DNA of 64,000 bases from Trichosphaerium sp. ATCC 40318 (Eukaryota > Protista > Tubulinea): NCBI GenBank assembly GCA_038496445.1, contig JALMLS010000268.1:186001-250000 (forward strand), read 5' to 3'. The notes under the pieces were generated by a model that saw only the letters and a program-made list of their open reading frames with translations, was not told the DNA's origin and made no database searches. Below are positions 51,306 to 64,000 of the stretch, piece by piece; the stretch's first letter is position 1, and the number at the start of each line of letters is the position of its first letter. The translations under genes and the position numbers were made by a program.

Positions 51306-53298
51306 ATGTGTCGACGTCGCGGGTTTTTTTTATTTTCTATTAGTGTATTAGCGCTTACGCCGTTAATCTTGTATTTGGGTACACTTTTTGACACTTTTAA
51401 ACATTAACGGCGTTGTAGCTCTTGTTCAACACCCCTTGAGCACTTCTGATGGTTCACATATTGCCGTGGAGGATATTATAAACGTTTGTAGCGTATTTCA
51501 GCACATTCACGCTAACAGTTACGTAGACAAAGACTGGAGCAGCTACTTCGCCACCAAATATCAATCAAAGCCCTCAAGCGCAATGTACGTCTATTTTCAA
51601 AATAAAAACGTATTTTTTAACACCACACCAGCTGATATAGCTCTACCTGTCCTCATTATAACATACAAACGCCCCAAATACCTTCAAAGATGTTTAGACT
51701 CGTTATTCAAGCATTGGCCGGCTGCAAAAACAAATATGCCTTCTTCACCTCTTATCATCTCACAAGATGGTAATCATGGGCCCACTGTGGATCTCATTAA
51801 ATCCATAAAGAAGAAACATCCCTTGGAGCACATTCAGGTATGCACGTGATACTATATCTTTTGAGAAAAAGTGTCTTAAACAACCTATAAATAGCGCCTT
51901 GATAGGAAATTGAATGTACCTGGTTTAAAGTAAGTAACTACTCCTTTGAGCGATATTGTTCTTTTTCCTTGTTTTGTGCATGTACTCATATATTCTTAGA
52001 AAGTGGAACAGAGGCTACCACCAACTAGCGGCTCATTACAAGTGCGTTCTTAGACTCTTTTCTGTTGAACAAAAAATTTTAATCTTTTCTTTAGATTTGC
52101 GCTATCACATGTGTTTGATACTTTAAAGCTTTCTCGTATTATAATCCTAGAAGGCATGTTTGTGATTATGCTGTTTAGCCACTCAACTACAGTCACTGGC
52201 TAACTTTTGTATTTAGAAGATTTAGAAATTGCACCAGATTTTTTTGAGTATTTTCAAGGTATAGCTATACTACGCTTTTAATAGCGATTATTTACGTTTC
52301 GTAGCTCTTAAAAATAGGTTGGATACTGATGATTCTGTATTTTGTGTGTCGGCATGGAATGACAATGGTAAAGCAGGCTATGTTAGAGATCCAGAGAGAC
52401 TTTACAGAACGTACATAAATGTTACCTTTTTACTACAAAATTATTAATTTCGTGAGCAACAGTGACTTCTTTCCTGGTCTTGGATGGATGTTAACTCGTG
52501 AGCTATGGCAAGAATTACGTGATACATGGTATTGAATCAACTGATTACATCGTATTAATTTTCTAATTCAGGCCTGTGGCGTACTGGGATGACTGGCTGC
52601 GAAAACCAGAACAAACAAAGGTGCACCAATAACTATATTGACAAAACTGATTTTCAACAAAGGGGAGACATTGTATTTACCCAGAAGTCCCAAGATCATT
52701 TACTTTTGGAGCTAAAGGTATGTAGCAGTATTAGGTTAGTTTCCTCTTTCTAAAACTAAACAATTCGTTTTAGGTGGTGCTAGTAAAGGACAATTTTACA
52801 ATACTTTTCTAAAGTTCATAAAATTGAACGATAAGTTTGTTCCTTTTACAAAAATGGATCTTTCGTACCTTCAAAAGGTTAGTACCGTTTTGATAAGTAT
52901 AGGCAACTTCTATTTTATGCTATATACGATTAAATATTTGAGTTGTAGGATACATACGAAAAGTCTCTAGCATTACAAGTATCGCAAGCAGTACCCTTGA
53001 AAGACATAAACGCTGTTGAGGGGTATACGGGCAAAAACCATGTCAAGATAATTTACAATACGCCTAAAGATTTTTCAAAGCTTGCTATGAAGTTTAGAAT
53101 AATGTACGAGCTCAAGGTAAGTACAATCGTTTTTTTTTTTCATGTTTTGTTTTGAATTTCACAAGTTTTTTTTTTTGGCACGTTTGCTTACTTTAGAATT
53201 TCGTTTAGGATAAAGTCCTCATGCGCTCAAGTTATAATGGTGTAGTGTCGTTCTATTTTAAATCAAAATATGTCATGCTCGTACCTTCAAGCTTTTGA
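51306..53298 (+). CDS. MGAT1: alpha-1,3-mannosyl-glycoprotein beta-1,2-N-acetylglucosaminyltransferase I (GT13), multi-exon
   Basis: Type II N-terminal anchor; PVLIITYKRPKYLQRCLDSL, IISQDG, GYHQLAAHYK, IILEEDLEIAPDFFEYF, CVSAWNDNG, LYRTDFFPGLGWML, WDDWLR, CIYPEVPRSFTFG and GQFY. Confidence 0.93.
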
Positions 53299-54002
53299 TC
53301 TTCCGAGGGTTTCTCCGGCTGAAGTAAAACAAAGGCACTTCCCTCTTCTAGTTCTGGCTATTACCGCTATTGAATACAAACGTAAAAGGATAAAAATGCG
53401 AACGAGCTTAATGTTAGCAAATCCCTGGATGAACGGGTTTTGGACAAAGACAGCAAATGGTAATCCTTGTGGCAAAGAAAAATGATCAGCAAAATAAATA
53501 CGTTAAATGCAGTAAGTTTACTTGTCTAAGTTCATAAATTAATCAATTCTACTGGCAACGAATTCGTTGTAAAAACCGTTTTTCGGAAAAAAACATATTA
53601 TTTGAAAGATAGACTTGTGACACTTACGTCAGCCCTGCCGAGTTCATTCGTTAGCCGACAGAAATGATGTCCATTTTGAAACCAACACGTGCCATGAAAT
53701 AGCGTTACGCAATACAGAGATTAAGAGTATTTTTAGCTGAAATACAACCGGATCTTTCCGTGCAAACTAATTCGGCCGGTTTCCGCGGAACTTTAACCAT
53801 AATTAATTACGGTTCTCATTAGTCCCACTGCATCCCTGCAATAGTGTTTAATACATATATAACCCTTCACCGCTAATTAAATACACCGGTGTACCGCTGA
53901 GTTTAATTTTGTCGAAAATTAGTGAGTTTTCTCTGACATTTATTTATTAATCTAAAAGAGCACAAAAGCATCTATCAGCTTAGCTGCTTCGTGAAATAAT
54001 AA

Positions 54003-57000
54003 ATGCAAGTACACACGAATATATTCCCACAAGAGTTAGACGGAAAGCGCTACAATAAGTTAGTTTCTGTTACTTTACTTCCAGATGCAGGTATTATTGC
54101 GTCTTATAACAAAGCAAACAGGTATGTAAAGAAAAACGGAGAAAGCAGCGGATACGCTTTTGGTTAAAGTAAACCGTGTCGACGCTCAGTTATTGCATTT
54201 TAGATACCTCGTAACTACTGTTGGAGGCGATTGTCAAAAAGAAGTAAAAGGAAAAGGAAACGTTGTATCAATACACGCAAAACTACCTTATATCGTATCC
54301 ATACATGAACTTGGGAGTGTAAGAAGCCTACAACTTTATAACACCGACACGGGGGAACTCAAAGACATTGAACTCAACGGGATTACGCCTTCTGTGGTAC
54401 GTTGTACCAATCCAACGCAATTTCGCGCTCATTAAAAACCAACAATCTAAAACAATAAACAACAAGCGTTAAAATAATAACGCTCCTCTCTAGGTTATAA
54501 CAGATGAGAGTAATTGCATTGTATTTGATGATAAGCACAATGCTTACTGGTTACACTATACAAACCCTAAGCTTGTTCCACACGGAACAATGATACCAAA
54601 CACATCACAAACAAGCAGTTTAACATCTGTAAAGATTGGAACAAGGCTTGTGCTTGGTAGCTTCACACAAACGTCACTTTACGACTTGGAAGAAGATGAA
54701 GTTATAACAACCTTAAAAGCTGATAATAACTTTCTCTTGACTAAAGCATTTGGTATGTATTTATCACGTGTTTTACCTCAAAATTGTGATTGGTTTTTTA
54801 TTATTATTTAATTAAAGCGCTAAAGGCTTCTTTTACTTATATCTGTGTAGGTGATCATGCTATAACAGTGACGTCATCTGAAGTTTTTGTTATAAAAGCA
54901 TCAACTGGACGTAAGTTTTTTTTTTTCTTCGTTGATGTCTATCTTCTGATCATGATGTATAATGGTCTTTTTAGGTACTGTGTCCACGTTGATTGACTCT
55001 CCTATATCTGCTATACAATATGATAATAATAGACAAGTTTTATTCTTGGGTAACTTAGAAGGAGAGATTAGAGCTTATAATATAGACTCTTTGGAGTATT
55101 TATATACTTTGAATCAAGTTGATGTTGCAACACGTAAACTATCCGCAAGAAGTCTAATAACACAACTCACAACCAGAGGTATGTATACTTTTTTTTTTCT
55201 GTTTTTTCAAGTGACCATCGAAGTACTCCTGTTTTTTTCTGATTTTTTTTTTCTCCAAGTGACCATCTTAACGCTTATGCCAAATGGTCTTATTGCTGCT
55301 GGTACAGATAGTGGCACTATAAATATTTATTTAACAAGAAATCAAAATCAACCTGAACCTGTAAAGACACTAAAGATAAACGGAGCGAGCTTCATTTCTT
55401 CCGTATTCCATAAGAAATTGAATGAACTTGCAGTGTTATTCAAAGACGCAGATAAGAAGCTTTCACTCGCCACTTGGAAACCAAAGTTTAGTAAATTATC
55501 ACGACGTGGATCCTCAGAGATTGTTGCTACACAACGCCTAAGCTGTGCAGGATACATGCAAGCACATAAAAGAAGGAAACTACTTAGAAATTCAAAAGAC
55601 GAGTTTTGGTATGAACTAAGAGGAGATGTTTTGTTTTGTTATAGTGCACATACAGTACGAATATATCTAATATTTTCTGATGTTGTTACTAAACACAAAG
55701 AGTAGGAGAAGACTCCATTAGCGAGCTATATGATCACTTCAACTACTACTATAAAGAGAGATAAATCAAAGAGATATCAAGGGCTTGAGATCAAGTTCGA
55801 TAAGACTTCATTGACTCTCATGACCGCCTCAGAAAAAGAACTCATAATGTGGACCACTGCTCTATCAAATGCTGTGCAAGTACGTAAACAACAATTACCA
55901 GTTTAAAATTACTGACACCTTGTCTAGAGCGTTAAAAATAGTTCTATAGGCGAGATTAACCTCAAAGACCTTACATACAAAACAGACTCTGAAGGACAAC
56001 GTATACGCCTTGGTACTCATCTTGCTGACATTGAAACACCTCTTATTCTATAATTTAGGACAAGGTAGTAGCGCTTCAATCTATAGAGGACGCTTCAATG
56101 GATTCGCAGTTGCTATAAAGCAATTTCATTCGAATGTTACAAAAGAAGAATTCAAGAGAGAAGCAGCAATGTTGAGGTACGTTTTTTTGGCTTCATTCCC
56201 AGCCCAATTGGGCTTTAAATTTGCGTGTACTTATGCTTTTAACAAGGGCCCTGCGTCACCCATGTATAGTGCATTTGATTGGGGCTTGCAATAAAGAGGG
56301 TAGCTATGCCCTAGTATTACCATACAAGAAGCACGGTTCACTTCACGAACTTCTTCAAGTTACAAAGTGCGCCAATTTCTCCACCTCTTTCTTTTTTTGT
56401 AATTAACAATTAACTTGTGAATCAAGACCATCTCCATTGAAGACATGGCGGTTCTATCTTAAAATAGTTAATGATATAGCACATGGTACGCAATTCGGAA
56501 AAAAAACAACCAAGAAAAAAAACTGACTTGTTTTATAGCAATGCAGTACCTTCACACATTCCAAATGAATGGACGAAGTACACCTATTATACACCGTGAT
56601 TTGAAGCCAGGAAATATATTGATTAACTCGCTTGATCCAACTCTACACAAACCGAGTATCAAAATAACAGGTTAGTGTGAACTACCGTTTTGTTCTTTTT
56701 TTTGAGTTTTTATTTTCTGACTTTTCCTTTTTTTAAGATTTTGGTATATCCACACAAGCTCGTGAATTACATACAGCTCGACAAGGGACTATGGCTTATA
56801 TGGCACCTGAAGTGTTCGCATCAAGTGACTACAGTACACAAGCTGATGTATACTCTTTTGGTATAGTGCTATGGCAGATGCTCACAAAAAAAGTCCCTAC
56901 ATCACAACTTGGGTACAACTTTCTGCCACGTCCAGCCTTCGTTTCGTTGATCTAACTTCTTTTTTGATAGAGGTGGGCATAAGAGACCTCCTATACCTGT

Positions 57001-60000
57001 ATTCACGCACCCAACAGTTGCTAAGCTTGTCAGAGGTACTGTTCTAGCGATTTAGTTTGTTTTCTAACTTTGTTAATAAAAAGAATGTTGGCAAAGCGAT
57101 CCTGATAAACGACCAACGTTTGCTGATATCATATCTTCTACTGAATCTATAATTGCTGAGTTTATTGTTAACGATACAATGGACACCGAAATAGAAAACA
57201 AAACAATCGCAAGGAGATCCAAGATTTATGGTAGAACCAATTTAATGAAGGTAAGCTTATCTTCCCTCTTATCGTCGTTATACACCTGTTTTGTGTTTGT
57301 CTGACTCTTATTTCAAAGGATACTCTCAAGCTCATTGAGAATTTTAAAGATGGTGAGAAGCAATTCTTGCTTCTGCGTGGATTGTCCGGAATGGGTAAAT
57401 CTATATTTGTATCAATGCTAAGTCGTTATGCTGCGACTCAAGGTCATGTTGGTAATGGCAAATGGAACAAAGGGCTTACTTGTCCTATCGGTCCAATTGC
57501 TGACGCTTTATCGTACGTATTTACATACCTGTTTGCCTTTCGTTAAGCGCTCCAATACTGACTTTAACTGAAGGGATATTGTTCGTTCTATTCAACAGAA
57601 TGCAAGCAAAGTTGAGTTACTAAGGATATGCAATATAATCAAAGCAGAAGTATCTTATAAATCAAGACTACTAATGTATAAGCTATTCCCAGTACTATTA
57701 CATCTTACAGAAGAGGATATTCCAATGGAATCCATAGAAGGCATGATGTGTGGATCGATGCAGGTATTGTTGTTTTTACATCCTCATCTCAACTCACCTC
57801 TCTTCTTTAGCAAGCTTTAGCTCTTTTTAGACTTTTAATTAGCACTCTATCTTCCAAAGAACAACCACTGGTAAGCCACTCATAAGCTCTTACATTAACT
57901 TATGTTATTTTGTAGATTTTTATCTTGGATGATTTACAGTGGGCTGATTTTATGGGTATTTCGTTGATTCAAGAAATCATGTCTTCACCTCAAATGTCGC
58001 ACGTGTTAATCCTTGCAACTTATCGTAGCAACGAGGTTGGTAAAAATCACCCTCTCCGTGTGCGTACTCAAACACACTATCATAGCTATTAGTGTACTAA
58101 CAAATCATTAAATAGGCTGCCTTGACTGCAATAAAAGAGTCTAGAGTTGCTGGTGTACAAGAGATTGTACTACAATCTCTTTCAGATGACGATATTACAG
58201 AATGGCTTCACGATATCATAGGCGAACCAACAACAAGTGTAGAAAAACTGATTGCATTGATTCAAGAAAGGACAGGAGGAAATCCTTTCCTTGTTAGCCA
58301 AACTATTGCTCATCTACTTGAAACAAACGCATTGGAGTTTTACAGCAAGAAATCAAAGGAAAGCGAAGAAACTTACTTGAAAAACCTATCAAACAAACTA
58401 GTTGACTCAAGTATCTTGCTAACAAAGAACATTTCAAAGCTTCGAACTGAAGCTGTAATGTGTCTACAAATAGCAGCTTGTCTAAAAGCAGAACAGTTTA
58501 CTGAATCAAGCATGCATAACTTGATGTCTCACTTCAACATGGTACGTTCTGTTTGTTTTGTTCTTTTTCGATATTTTTTTGGTGTTCACGTGGTGGTTTG
58601 TATTAACTTTTTTATCACGTTTAGGATGTTGAGAACAATGTATTGACGTATACTAAAAAAGCACGTGATTTGCCAAAGAATCAAGTACACAGCTGGTTGG
58701 AAGAAGCCCTTAATATCTCCTTTATCAAAAAGAAGAAGCGTGGTGATGATATCATTGTATTCAGATTTGCTCATGATAAGATTCGTGAAGCTTTGTATGC
58801 TTCTGCTTCTGATAATGATAAACGCCACTTCGCTGTTGGTCAAATTTTAATGGCAGAGTTAGAAGGCGCTAGCGAGATGGTCGTAGGCACAGGTACGAAC
58901 TCATTTAACATGTCTTTTTTTGAACACGTTGTCGAAGCTGAAAGTACTTTTTAGCAATATTCTATGCTGTTGAACAAATGAATCTTGGGTATGATGCAAC
59001 GCCAAAGAGTATGCATACCGAGTTAGCTATTTGTAACCTAAAAGGTACGAAATGGGATTTGCTTGAGATCAAGAGATTAACTCTTTCTTTTTTTCGTTTA
59101 GCTGTAAAAACAGCCGTCTTTCACGCTGCTTATGATACTGCTTTGGAATTCTTGCACAGCGCTTTCAAATTCCTTGGTGTTAAAAAAGGTGATGAGAGTG
59201 TTTGGGAACGCTTAGGGGAGAACGCTTGGTATTTACACAAATACCTTTGCCTCTGCGAACTTAGAACAAGTAAGTTTTTTTGAATGAAAAAACTTTTTGA
59301 GTACTCCTTCGAACAAACGCAAAAACTAGTCCTAAGTGAGATTGTGCCTATTATTTTTATTCACAAATTTGTAGAAAATATGGACGCAGATGCAATGAAG
59401 AGCCTTGAAATACTAATGGCTCATGCAACGACAAACGACCAGAAATCTCATGTTCTCAATCTTCGTTCTGAGGCTGCCTTATCTAGATGGTCTTTCAAGT
59501 GTGTACCACCAATTGTAACAGAGTTCCTCGTACATACTGGTGTACTACAAGAGAAAATCAGCGATTTCTCGGTTTATTCACCACAAGGTGACAAGTTAAA
59601 GGTAACTTTTTTTCTTTTTTTTTTGGAGTTAATGGATTTGTTTTTTAGGCCATGGAAGAACGTGTTCTAAAAAATGTATCCGTTACAGCGTTTAGAAAAC
59701 GTCTAAGGCATCGTGCTAAACTAGAGGAGATTGATTGGAATAAATACTTGATATCCAAGGCCATAAACAACGGATTGATAGCAGGTACTGTTTTTATTTA
59801 CCAAAACAGCTTTCGCTTTACTGATTTCTATTTTTAGCATACTTGAGCGCTAACACTTCCGCCCTGTCTTTCTTCTCTTTACTTGAAATGGAACTATTGC
59901 TCAAAGACAAAGAGTTCCCAGGTCTTGTATCATCTCTTGTATTGACATCTATATATTTTATGCACTACACAGAGAATAGAAGCTTAGCTAGCGTTGGTGT

Positions 60001-62438
60001 TGCTCTTCTAAAATCAGCGAATGAGATTATACTTCGTGGAAATAACTACAACTTTACTGATAACATTGGAATGGGTGAACTCCTGTACTTGAGAATATAC
60101 GGCGCAGCTTGTTTGGATAGAGAGAGTATAATGAATCGCGCTATTAACACCATACACCTCTCCGAAAAGGTAAGACGCTTGCTACTGTTTTACAAAAAAA
60201 TCTAATTATGTTATGTAGGACGGCGATTATAGCATCTTGTTCCAAGCTAAGACTGACATTTCGTACTTTGAATGTTTCTATGGTACAATGCCACCAAGCG
60301 ATCTTCCAGCAGCATTGGAGCCTCTCATTAAAGCATCTGCATCGCCTATGCCAACGTATGCACTATTCTTGTCAATACTAGTAATGATAAAAAACCTAAC
60401 TTATTGTTTAGCTACTCCAAGTTCTTGAAGTCTCAAGCTATAGTTGCTAATGCTTTGTGTGGTCGCTTGACAATATGCGAAGCATATGAATCCATCATAG
60501 AACGTGCTGAACATTACGGTGTAGGAGAATTAACATTGTATGTTTCCCAAATTCTCTATTATTTTCTTTCTTTTTTTTGCCCACACGTGACTAACTCGTT
60601 GTCTTTTAGACATACTTTCCTAACACGTGTAATCCCTGCTACTGTACTACGTAGAGATTGGGAACTAGCATCAAAGTTTATCAACAACCTACGCTTAGAT
60701 ACTTACAAGAGTTGTAATACAATGCTTGTTCTCACTATCATCTACCTTTACGCAACAACATTCACTAAAGAGCTTAAAATCCCACAAAGGTAAGGCACTT
60801 TATCAAAACCAAGATAACAGCACAAGTATATCTAACCGTTCGTCCTCCTTTTTAGCAAGATAACAGCTGTATATCAAACCTTACGTCGGTTTAATCATGG
60901 ACCTATATACAAGCTTGTTCAAAGCCTTATTAAGGTTCAACGTGGTGTTTATAGGAAGAAAGGAAAACCACGTGAGATGTCTTCTGTAATGCAAGTTGTT
61001 GGAAAATATGAAACTCATCGTGCTGCATTTGAAGAGTATGGATGGCAAAAGTTTACAGTTTTCTTATGTGATATTGCTGCACATTTTTGTTATCAACATA
61101 AATCTCACCATTTTGGTGATACTTTCCGAAACGTACGTCATATCATACATCTATCACATGTTTTTCTTTTATCTTATATTATTACTATAGCAAGCTATAA
61201 ATAGCGTACAAATGATTGATACACAACTTGAGTACATTTGGTAAGTCACAAAGAAGGTCTTTCTTCTTGAACTATTTTTTTGACTTTTGGTTTTAGGCAA
61301 ATTGAGTCTGATGGCTTGACATCTTTGGTTGAACATAACTCGACGTTTACGCAAACTATCGCTCATTTGGTATCTACTGCAGCAAAAGGTAGATTGGAAA
61401 AAGAGGAATCGAGCAACACAGAGCTTAGAATGTGGTTAGACCTCCTGACTTCATCACCTGATGAAAATACGTAAGTTTTTGGTATTCATTTGTGACTCTT
61501 TCTTGTTACTCACCAGACTCTCATAGCGAGGTTATACTCTGTCCAAAAGCTCTCGTTGAGAGCGCCATAGAAGTGATGCGAAGCAATTACCCTGGCGCTA
61601 TAGAGCTCATCTGGGAGTCTAATATGGCAAATAAGATAATGACAAACCAACGTCACGTGCTCTTATTATGTGTGTACATGCTACAACAATACTTGGAACA
61701 AATAGAAGGCGATGACATTCTTGTAATGGTCAATAGGTACCTATTATACAACCACAACACATATTATTCGTTGGATCTAACCGATATTTTTCTTTAGTAC
61801 TGATAACGGTATGATAATACAATTTACTGATTTTGTGCCTGATGATATCTCCTTGATAAAGACAGGTTAGTAATGACATCATATCCATCATGAATTAGCC
61901 CTAACATATCTAGACACATTATATACAATCGGTTCACCACCACCAGAGCTTTCAATGCCATTTATCCAACACGCTATCCCAGGTACTTCACAATGAATAA
62001 TTGACACGTTTTTTCTTTTTTTTTTGTGTTTTTCTTTTTTTTGAAACTAACACGTGTGTAGGTATAAAGGCGCTCGAAGAAATAAGATACTTGGTTGATA
62101 ACAACTCACCTATACTACAAGCAAAGCTTAAATTCAGTGTTGTACCACCATGCCCAATATCGTTAATGATATCCAACCCAATGTGGAGAAAGTTGGCTAC
62201 AAATGCATTGGATAAAGCTGGGATTGATTATAGTACATCCAAACATGATGATGGTTATGACTCAACTTGTTGGGTTATAACAGATACTATTTCAGAGACA
62301 CAGAATATTCCTCCTTTGGCAAGTATTATTTTTCTGGCAAAAAGAATAGAAAATGATATTCCTGATCCTCCTGCAACTACTTTAGTGTCACCGATAGATT
62401 ATAACTATATGGTGAAAATGATTACCACCAGTTTGTAA
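54003..62438 (+). CDS. giant multidomain kinase: WD40-like propeller - PH - TKL kinase - COG3899-type STAND NTPase - helical repeats - degenerate histidine kinase - degenerate receiver
   Basis: WD-like LFLGNLEGEIRAY and IAAGTDSGTINIY. PH: CAGYMQ..FWYELRGDVLFCY..ELIMWTTAL. Kinase: LGQGSSASIY, VAIKQF, HRDLKPGN, DFG, GTMAYMAPE, DVYSFG, CWQSDPDKRPTF. STAND: IYGR, GLSGMGKS, ILDDLQWAD, ATYRSNEV, RTGGNPF, FAHDKIREALY. About 30 GT-AG introns. Confidence 0.85.
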
Positions 62439-63016
62439 AAAAAAAGAAAGTACGAAAAAGCTGTACAGCTTGTAGCCCTACAAGAAAGAAAAAAAAATAA
62501 ATATTGTTTGTACATGCCTTTATTAAACCAATACGAGTTTGCAAATCAAGCAGCATTTCCACGCCTATTGCCTGAGTAAGGTAGTTACCATAACTCCTGA
62601 GATTGGCTAGGCAGGGAATAACGTTAGTATTGATTAGAGGGGCATCGACAGTTTCGAAATACAAATTTTTGATTGGATATTTACCAGTTTTCGAGAATCT
62701 TTGAGACCCTTTTGCTCACCTTAGAACCATCCTAAACTTAACCATGTAGCTACGATGCTATACTTACAGGCCCAAAAACAATTTTGTGATTCGTTTATGC
62801 TGTACCCAGGAAAAGTAATCACACAGAAACTGGTTTGATTCAATACTTGATTTCAAAAGGAAAGGAGAATGTTTGCATCTCAAACGAATCACGTGATTCA
62901 TATTGCTTTATGTGGATAGTGTTATTAGTGGCGAGGATATGTACTTATTAGCGGTTGTAGTGTAGAAACAATAAAAGAAATTGAAAAGACAAAAACTCTT
63001 TATTGTACATAGTTCA

Positions 63017-63910
63017 TTAACTGTTGACTTTTTTACCGTATCTGTAATAACTAGTTGTGGTAACTACACTTTCATTTTTATACTTATATGTCACGTGTTT
63101 ACCATGTATTCTATTCATATCATAGAAACAATGAACATATATTCTTCCATCTTGTCCGAAATAATGTTTATATTCTCCATGTTTCTTACCATCTTTAAAG
63201 TGACAACAAAGTACCAAGATACCAAACTGATTCCACTTTTTATACTCACCATTCTTTTGACCATCAACAAAATAAGTCATAGACTTTAACCTTGTACTGC
63301 TCCACCACTCTCTCTTTAAACCTTCAGGTTTGTTCATATTATAATTGCAGTGTACTTGTAAGAAATGAATAGCTGTCTTAGCACTATATTTAGTAATACC
63401 ATAGAGTTTATAGTCACCGTGTTTCATCCCATTTTTATAAAACAAATGTTTAATCAAGAAACCATTCTGACTCTCTTTGTACTCTCCATGTAATTGACCA
63501 TCTTTATAAGTTTTTAAAAGTTCTACTTTATCTCTAGAATAAGTATGAGTGCCATGTGGTACTCCATCTTTGAAGTGTTTTGTCATAAACAGCTTGTTAT
63601 TGTCATATTGTTTATCAACTTGTAATAATCCTGAAGAGTACTGTTGCTCTATGCGATGTACAAAACCACGAGCCTTCTTGTTGTAAGTGATGAAAAGACC
63701 ATGTTTTCTGAGGTTTGAATCGTATTTTGATGTCATAGCTGTCTGCTTGCATATTGAAGGCCATTTACTCTTTAAAACGCTATCAGCGGTGTCTTTAAAC
63801 ATCATCCAAAGGAGTTCTGGAGGTAAGTCAACTAAACAAGGATATTCTCTTTCTCGACGCTCGGTAGAGATACTTTTAACGTTGTACTGTGCGCTGGCAG
63901 GAAAGCTCAT
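63017..63910 (-). CDS. degenerate F-box + MORN-variant repeat protein
   Basis: CLVDLPPELLWMMF..WPSICKQTA..YDSNLRKHG, then repeats YKDGQLHGEYKE and FKDGKKHGEYKHY; single ORF. Confidence 0.85.
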   Translation of the reverse strand: MSFPASAQYNVKSISTERREREYPCLVDLPPELLWMMFKDTADSVLKSKWPSICKQTAMTSKYDSNLRKHGLFITYNKKARGFVHRIEQQYSSGLLQVDKQYDNNKLFMTKHFKDGVPHGTHTYSRDKVELLKTYKDGQLHGEYKESQNGFLIKHLFYKNGMKHGDYKLYGITKYSAKTAIHFLQVHCNYNMNKPEGLKREWWSSTRLKSMTYFVDGQKNGEYKKWNQFGILVLCCHFKDGKKHGEYKHYFGQDGRIYVHCFYDMNRIHGKHVTYKYKNESVVTTTSYYRYGKKVNS

Positions 63911-64000
63911 AACGTTAGTTTCTAAATTTTGATTTTTTGAGTATTGAGGACAAAACTACCTGTAGAATAACAAAATAGTAAATACTACCTTCGTCGTTAA

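Overview
Gene-dense, AT-rich nuclear DNA from an intron-rich eukaryote. Introns are short (mostly about 40-90 nt, GT-AG plus at least two GC-AG), and the standard code is used (TAA, TAG and TGA all end genes). The gene content (TKL kinase, GABA-B/Grl-like class C GPCRs, histidine-kinase relic) suggests an amoeboid protist; this is inference. Recognisable housekeeping genes: ARPC1, a TMEM135-like gene, a RING E3, an SMYD-type SET/MYND methyltransferase, a PTGR1-type alkenal reductase and MGAT1 (GT13). The accessory content stands out. (i) Five dispersed genes share a degenerate F-box, a conserved linker and MORN-variant (YwqK-like) repeats; there are also two F-box/LRR genes and a decayed F-box/LRR relic, i.e. 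a rapidly turning-over SCF adaptor repertoire. (ii) An 8.4 kb gene fuses a WD40-like propeller, PH, TKL kinase, COG3899-type STAND NTPase, helical repeats, a pseudo-histidine kinase and a pseudo-receiver. (iii) Three tandem class C GPCRs show mosaic, gene-conversion-like patterns. (iv) A circularly permuted tRNA-like element lies at about 43.3 kb. (v) The palindrome CACGTG is strongly over-represented, often inside introns. All exon/intron models and domain calls were made by eye, without searches.
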